Below, piece after piece: positions 60,293-64,000 of a stretch of 64,000 bases of DNA. The position numbers were made by a program, and so were the translations under genes. A model generated the notes under the pieces. That model was not told the origin of the DNA and ran no database searches. It saw only the letters and a program-made list of their open reading frames with translations. The stretch lies in assembly GCA_963763775.1 (NCBI GenBank), contig CAVXPZ010000001.1:768001-832000 (forward strand). Direction: 5' to 3'. Origin of the DNA: an uncultured Chloroflexia bacterium (GTDB taxonomy: Bacteria > Chloroflexota > Limnocylindria > Limnocylindrales > CSP1-4). Within the stretch, counting starts at the first letter, position 1; each line of letters starts with the position of its first letter.

Positions 60293-60790
60293 CTAGAGGT
60301 CGCGGACCAGGTAGAGGACGTCGCCTCGTTCGTCCATGCCGGTGCGGTCGTGGCGGAACCCGGTCTTCTGGAGCACCCGGAGCGACGCCGCGTTCCACGG
60401 CCGCACGGTCGACCAGAGCCGGTGCCGACCCGTCGCCGCGGCCGCATCGACCAGCGCGTGCGCCGCCTCCGTCGCATAGCCGTGACCGTGGAACCGCTGC
60501 AACAGCTCGTAGGCGAGCTCCGGTTCGTCCAGGCTGCAACGCCCCACGACCAGGGCGCCATAGCCGATCGCGTCGCCTTCCGCGCGGCGCCTGATCGCGA
60601 GCGCACCGATGCCGGTCTCGAGCGTCAGATCCCGGAACCGCGCGAGGCGCGCCCTCGAGTCCTCGAGCGTCGGGGAGTCCTCCCCGCGTTCCACGAGCAG
60701 CTCTCGGTACCAGGCGGCGTCGCCCTCGTCGCGGAGCCGCAGGGTCAGCCGCTCGGTCTCGATGGCGAGCGACATCGGTTGCCAGGCCAC
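60293..60790 (-). CDS. GNAT-family acetyltransferase (RimJ/RimL-like)
   Basis: [32 protein letters not shown]; start at GTG 60790 or ATG 60775. Confidence 0.85.
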   Translation of the reverse strand: MAWQPMSLAIETERLTLRLRDEGDAAWYRELLVERGEDSPTLEDSRARLARFRDLTLETGIGALAIRRRAEGDAIGYGALVVGRCSLDEPELAYELLQRFHGHGYATEAAHALVDAAAATGRHRLWSTVRPWNAASLRVLQKTGFRHDRTGMDERGDVLYLVRDL

Positions 60791-60876
60791 GCATCGATGG
60801 TACGGGACCACCGGGAGTGCACGCGCCCAGAGATACCTGACGTCTCCCGACACGTGGCGGCGCGATGATGTCGTCC

Positions 60877-61308
60877 ATGCACGACCCGCTCCCGCCCGAG
60901 GCGCTGCTTGCGGGCTACCCGGACGAGATCCGGCAGACCGCCGAGGTGCTGCGCGCGCTGGTCCGGCGCACCGTGCCCGAGGCGATCGAGCGGGTCCGGC
61001 CAGGCTGGCGCCTGATCGGGTACGACCTGCCGGTCGGCCGCGGGACGAGGTTCTGCCTCTGGGTGTGGCCGCAGTTCGAGCACGTCCACCTGGGATTCGA
61101 GCGCGGGATGCTGATGGAGGACCCGGAGCGACGCCTGGAGGGCCGCGGCATCACGAAGCGCGCCCGCTGGCTGACGTATACGCCCGGCGAGCGAGTGGAC
61201 GCCGCTGCCGCCACGATCCTGATCCTCGAGTGCGTCCGGATCGCCCGCCTGTCCGCGGCCGAGCAGGGGTTCCTGCGGCTCGAACGCGAGGCGGCCCCAG
61301 CCGACTAG
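60877..61308 (+). CDS. DUF1801-domain protein
   Basis: LRALVRRTVPEAIERVRPGWRLIGY, HVHLGFERG..MEDPERRLEG.G. Confidence 0.78.
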   Translation: MHDPLPPEALLAGYPDEIRQTAEVLRALVRRTVPEAIERVRPGWRLIGYDLPVGRGTRFCLWVWPQFEHVHLGFERGMLMEDPERRLEGRGITKRARWLTYTPGERVDAAAATILILECVRIARLSAAEQGFLRLEREAAPAD

Positions 61309-62717
61309 GACGGCGGCGTCCACGAGACGATGCCGATCGGCAGCGGGTGCTGGCCGCGCAGGCCGACCCGCCCGGCGTCGTCGACCTCGACGAGATCATC
61401 GAGCGCCGCCGTGAACCGGTGGTCCTTCTCGCCGCCCGGTTCGATCCAGAGCTGGCGACGGAGGAACCCCTCGAGCTCGGCCCGGTCGCCGAACCGGCGC
61501 GGCTCGCGCTCGAGGCGTCGGACCTCGGGGTCGCGCCCCATCGCCTGGAGCAGCTCCACGAACTCCGGCAGCGCCGGAAGCGCGATCCGTGCCTCACCGT
61601 GGACAGGTGGCCAGAACACGTCGGCGATCGAGGACGGCTGACGCTCCATCAGCACGGCGAGACAGCGCCGTCGGGTGGCCGCCTCCATCGCGGCCACGAA
61701 GGGCCCGATCGCCTCGATGTCGTACCCAACGTGAGCGATGAGCGAGACGTCGACATCGAACGCCCCGACGTCCCGCGGCGGCCACCGGTCGACGACGACA
61801 CGGACGTTCTCGATCGCGTGGTCCTCCGCGATCTCCCCGAGCGCCTCGAGCATCCCGCGCGACGGGTCGAGGGCGACGACCGAGCCGCCGCTCGGCTCGA
61901 GGGCGGCCGCGATCGGCAGCGCGTACCGGCCCGCGCCAGCGCCGATGTCGAGCCACGTCTCGCCGTGGCGGACGTGGTCGCGCAGGACCTCGAGGGCCGG
62001 CTCGTCCGTACGGGTCGGGTCGGCGCGGAACAGGCTGGTCACGGGCGCGTAGAAGTCGGCGCCGTCCGGGACCTCCCTGACCCGGTCCACCTGCTCGCGG
62101 TTGTCGCGGACGCGCGCGGCCCAGGCGGCCTCCAGCAGCGCGACCAGGTCGGCGGGCGTGTCGATGTCGGGATTGGCTCCGTCGACCACGACCTCGCGGA
62201 CGAGGTCCGGATGCGACGCGATCACCGGCCCGAGCCCGCGGTCGCCGGTGGCCTCCGCGACCAGGCCGAAGGCCGCGCGTCCGAGCAGGACCGGGTTGCG
62301 ACCGCGATCCTCCGGGTACACGGGGACCACGATCGGCGGCCCGCCTCCGGCCGGCTTGGCGGCGAGGAGCGACCGGACCGCCTCCACCGGCAGCCTCGGC
62401 TGGTCCCCCAGCACGATCAGGGCAGCCGTCACGGCCTCGTCGAGCGCGGCGATCCCGACGGCGAGCGAGCTTGACAACCCGCGCGAGGGATCGGGGTTCC
62501 GCACCCGCGTGGCGCCACCCCACGCGATCGCCGACTCGAGCGCCTCGGCGTCATCGCCGACCACCACGAGGATCTCCCCCACCCCGCCTTCGACGAGCCG
62601 GTCGAGGACGTGCTGGAGCACGGGACGTCCGTCGATGGGGGCGAGCAGCTTCCCGCCGCCGAACCGCGATCCGGCGCCGGCCGCGAGAACGACCGCGGCG
62701 ACGCGCTCGCCGCCCAC
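61305..62717 (-). CDS. mocA: Molybdenum cofactor cytidylyltransferase (MocA-like) fused to a class I SAM methyltransferase
   Basis: VVLAAGAGSRFGGGKLL, LGDQP, GRNPVL, GDRG, DIDTPADL; then WLDIGAGAGRY, ALDPSRGML. Confidence 0.83.
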   Translation of the reverse strand: MGGERVAAVVLAAGAGSRFGGGKLLAPIDGRPVLQHVLDRLVEGGVGEILVVVGDDAEALESAIAWGGATRVRNPDPSRGLSSSLAVGIAALDEAVTAALIVLGDQPRLPVEAVRSLLAAKPAGGGPPIVVPVYPEDRGRNPVLLGRAAFGLVAEATGDRGLGPVIASHPDLVREVVVDGANPDIDTPADLVALLEAAWAARVRDNREQVDRVREVPDGADFYAPVTSLFRADPTRTDEPALEVLRDHVRHGETWLDIGAGAGRYALPIAAALEPSGGSVVALDPSRGMLEALGEIAEDHAIENVRVVVDRWPPRDVGAFDVDVSLIAHVGYDIEAIGPFVAAMEAATRRRCLAVLMERQPSSIADVFWPPVHGEARIALPALPEFVELLQAMGRDPEVRRLEREPRRFGDRAELEGFLRRQLWIEPGGEKDHRFTAALDDLVEVDDAGRVGLRGQHPLPIGIVSWTPPS

Positions 62718-62721
62718 GGCG

Positions 62722-63825
62722 TCAGGCCACCGCGCGCTGGCGCAACGGGACCCCGGACCCGCCGTACCGTTCCGCGACGACCTCCGCGAGGATCGCGAGG
62801 GCCGTCTCGGCCGGGGCTCGGCCGCCCAGGTCCAGCCCGACCGGCCCACGGAGCTGCGCGAGCTCATCGGCCGTCACGCCGGCTTCGAGTAGCCGGGCTC
62901 GTCGATCCCCCTGGGTCTTCTTGGAGCCGACAGCCCCCACGTACCGGCAGCCGCGTCGCAACGCCTCCACGATGGCCGGCTCGTCGAACTTGACGTCGTG
63001 GGTGAGCACCGCGACGGCGTCGTTCGGCCCGAGGCCGATCTCGTCGGCGACCTCATCGGGCCAGCCGACGATGAGCTCGTCGACATCGGGGAACCGCTCC
63101 GGGGTGGCGAAGCTGGCCCGGCCGTCGATCACGATCGTCTCGAAGCCGAGCTCACGCGCCAACCGCACGAGCGAGCGCGCGACCTCCACGGCGCCGACGA
63201 CCACGAGGCGCGGCCGGACCGGGAAGACCTCGATGAAGTACCCGCGCCCCTCGAGGTCCGCGGTCCGTGATAGGCCGCGCCGGAGCGCCTCAGCGGCGGC
63301 GGCGGACAACGCCGCGTCAACGTCTGGCGATCCCGTGGAGCCGTCCAGCTGGCCACCGTCGTGATAGACGAGCTCCGGCACGGGCGGCGCCCCGGTCCCT
63401 GGCTCGTGCGGCCCGAAGGCCCCGGGCGGAGAATCGGCGGGGAGTGGCGTGACGACCGCCGACCCGTGCCCGCCCGCGCCGAGCGACGCACGGGCCGCGG
63501 CGGCCACGGGCGCCGGCAGGGCCGGCTCGATGAGGACGTCGATCGTGCCCCCGCAGGCGAGGCCCACGTCCCACGCCTGCTCGTCGCTGATGCCGTAGCG
63601 GATGACGCGAGCGTTGCCGGAGGCGCGGGCGTGGTCGATCTCCTCGGCCGCGGCCCCCTCGACGCAACCGCCGCTGACCGAGCCCGCGATCCGGCCGTCG
63701 GCGGCGTAGAGCAGCACGGCCCCCTCGGGGCGTGGCGCGGACCCGAACGTCCGCACCACGACGGCACGACCCACGGCGACCCCGTCGCCGGACCAGGAAT
63801 CGAGCGTCTCGAGCAGTTCCTTCAT
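62722..63825 (-). CDS. xdhC: XdhC/CoxI-family molybdoenzyme maturation factor
   Basis: GSAPRPEGA, GSVSGGCVEG, VGLACGG, LTHDVKFD, GPVGLDLG..PAETALAILAE. Confidence 0.9.
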   Translation of the reverse strand: MKELLETLDSWSGDGVAVGRAVVVRTFGSAPRPEGAVLLYAADGRIAGSVSGGCVEGAAAEEIDHARASGNARVIRYGISDEQAWDVGLACGGTIDVLIEPALPAPVAAAARASLGAGGHGSAVVTPLPADSPPGAFGPHEPGTGAPPVPELVYHDGGQLDGSTGSPDVDAALSAAAAEALRRGLSRTADLEGRGYFIEVFPVRPRLVVVGAVEVARSLVRLARELGFETIVIDGRASFATPERFPDVDELIVGWPDEVADEIGLGPNDAVAVLTHDVKFDEPAIVEALRRGCRYVGAVGSKKTQGDRRARLLEAGVTADELAQLRGPVGLDLGGRAPAETALAILAEVVAERYGGSGVPLRQRAVA

Positions 63826-64000
63826 CGGATCGGCCTCGGTGCGGATGGATCGGTCGGCATCCCGCCGACGACGTTCGGGGGCGCGGTCACGGCCGGGACA
63901 GCGGCGGCGGTCGGCAGGGCGGCGTGCGCGGCGGCCTCGCTGCCGCGGCGCGTGTCGCCGGCACGGACGCCGCCGAGGATCTCGCCCAGGCGCTCGAGGT
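63822..64000 (-). CDS. 3' end of an upstream gene, possibly CoxE-like VWA protein
   Basis: Open frame LERLGEILGG...PRPIR* with ATGA overlap onto xdhC; identity inferred from position only. Confidence 0.4.
   Translation of the reverse strand, partial: LERLGEILGGVRAGDTRRGSEAAAHAALPTAAAVPAVTAPPNVVGGMPTDPSAPRPIR

Overview
A very high-GC bacterial chromosomal segment with no phage, IS element, integrase or CRISPR array. Gene content, Pro/Ser-rich linkers and many apparently leaderless genes resemble Chloroflexota such as Ca. Limnocylindria or an actinobacterium-like soil organism (inference only). In order it carries: a sugar ABC transporter end; T-box-controlled valS; tRNA-Leu(TAG)-tig-clpP-clpX; a holin-like pair and cinA; a compact cyclic-nucleotide module (CRP, Rv1339/CpdA-like phosphodiesterase, class III cyclase-AAA); mrp; a polyamine ABC operon; an amine cluster (two GcvT-family flavoproteins, two choline-kinase-like enzymes, APC permease, two phosphatases); fba; an AAA/VWA pair; an attenuator-led ABC exporter-rsgA-GNAT operon; an ECF sigma pair; and a form I aerobic CO dehydrogenase (cox) cluster. 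The best candidate for an undescribed system is the polyamine importer: its ATPase is fused in frame, through an internal twin-arginine motif and hydrophobic helix, to the substrate-binding protein, and its permease has a 47-aa hydrophobic insertion in the EAA coupling loop. Other leads are the two-tier attenuator on the rsgA operon, the kinase/demethylase cluster and the cAMP triad. About a dozen genes are frameshifted in patches, most simply explained as long-read assembly indels. All calls come from motif recognition by eye; no database searches were run.
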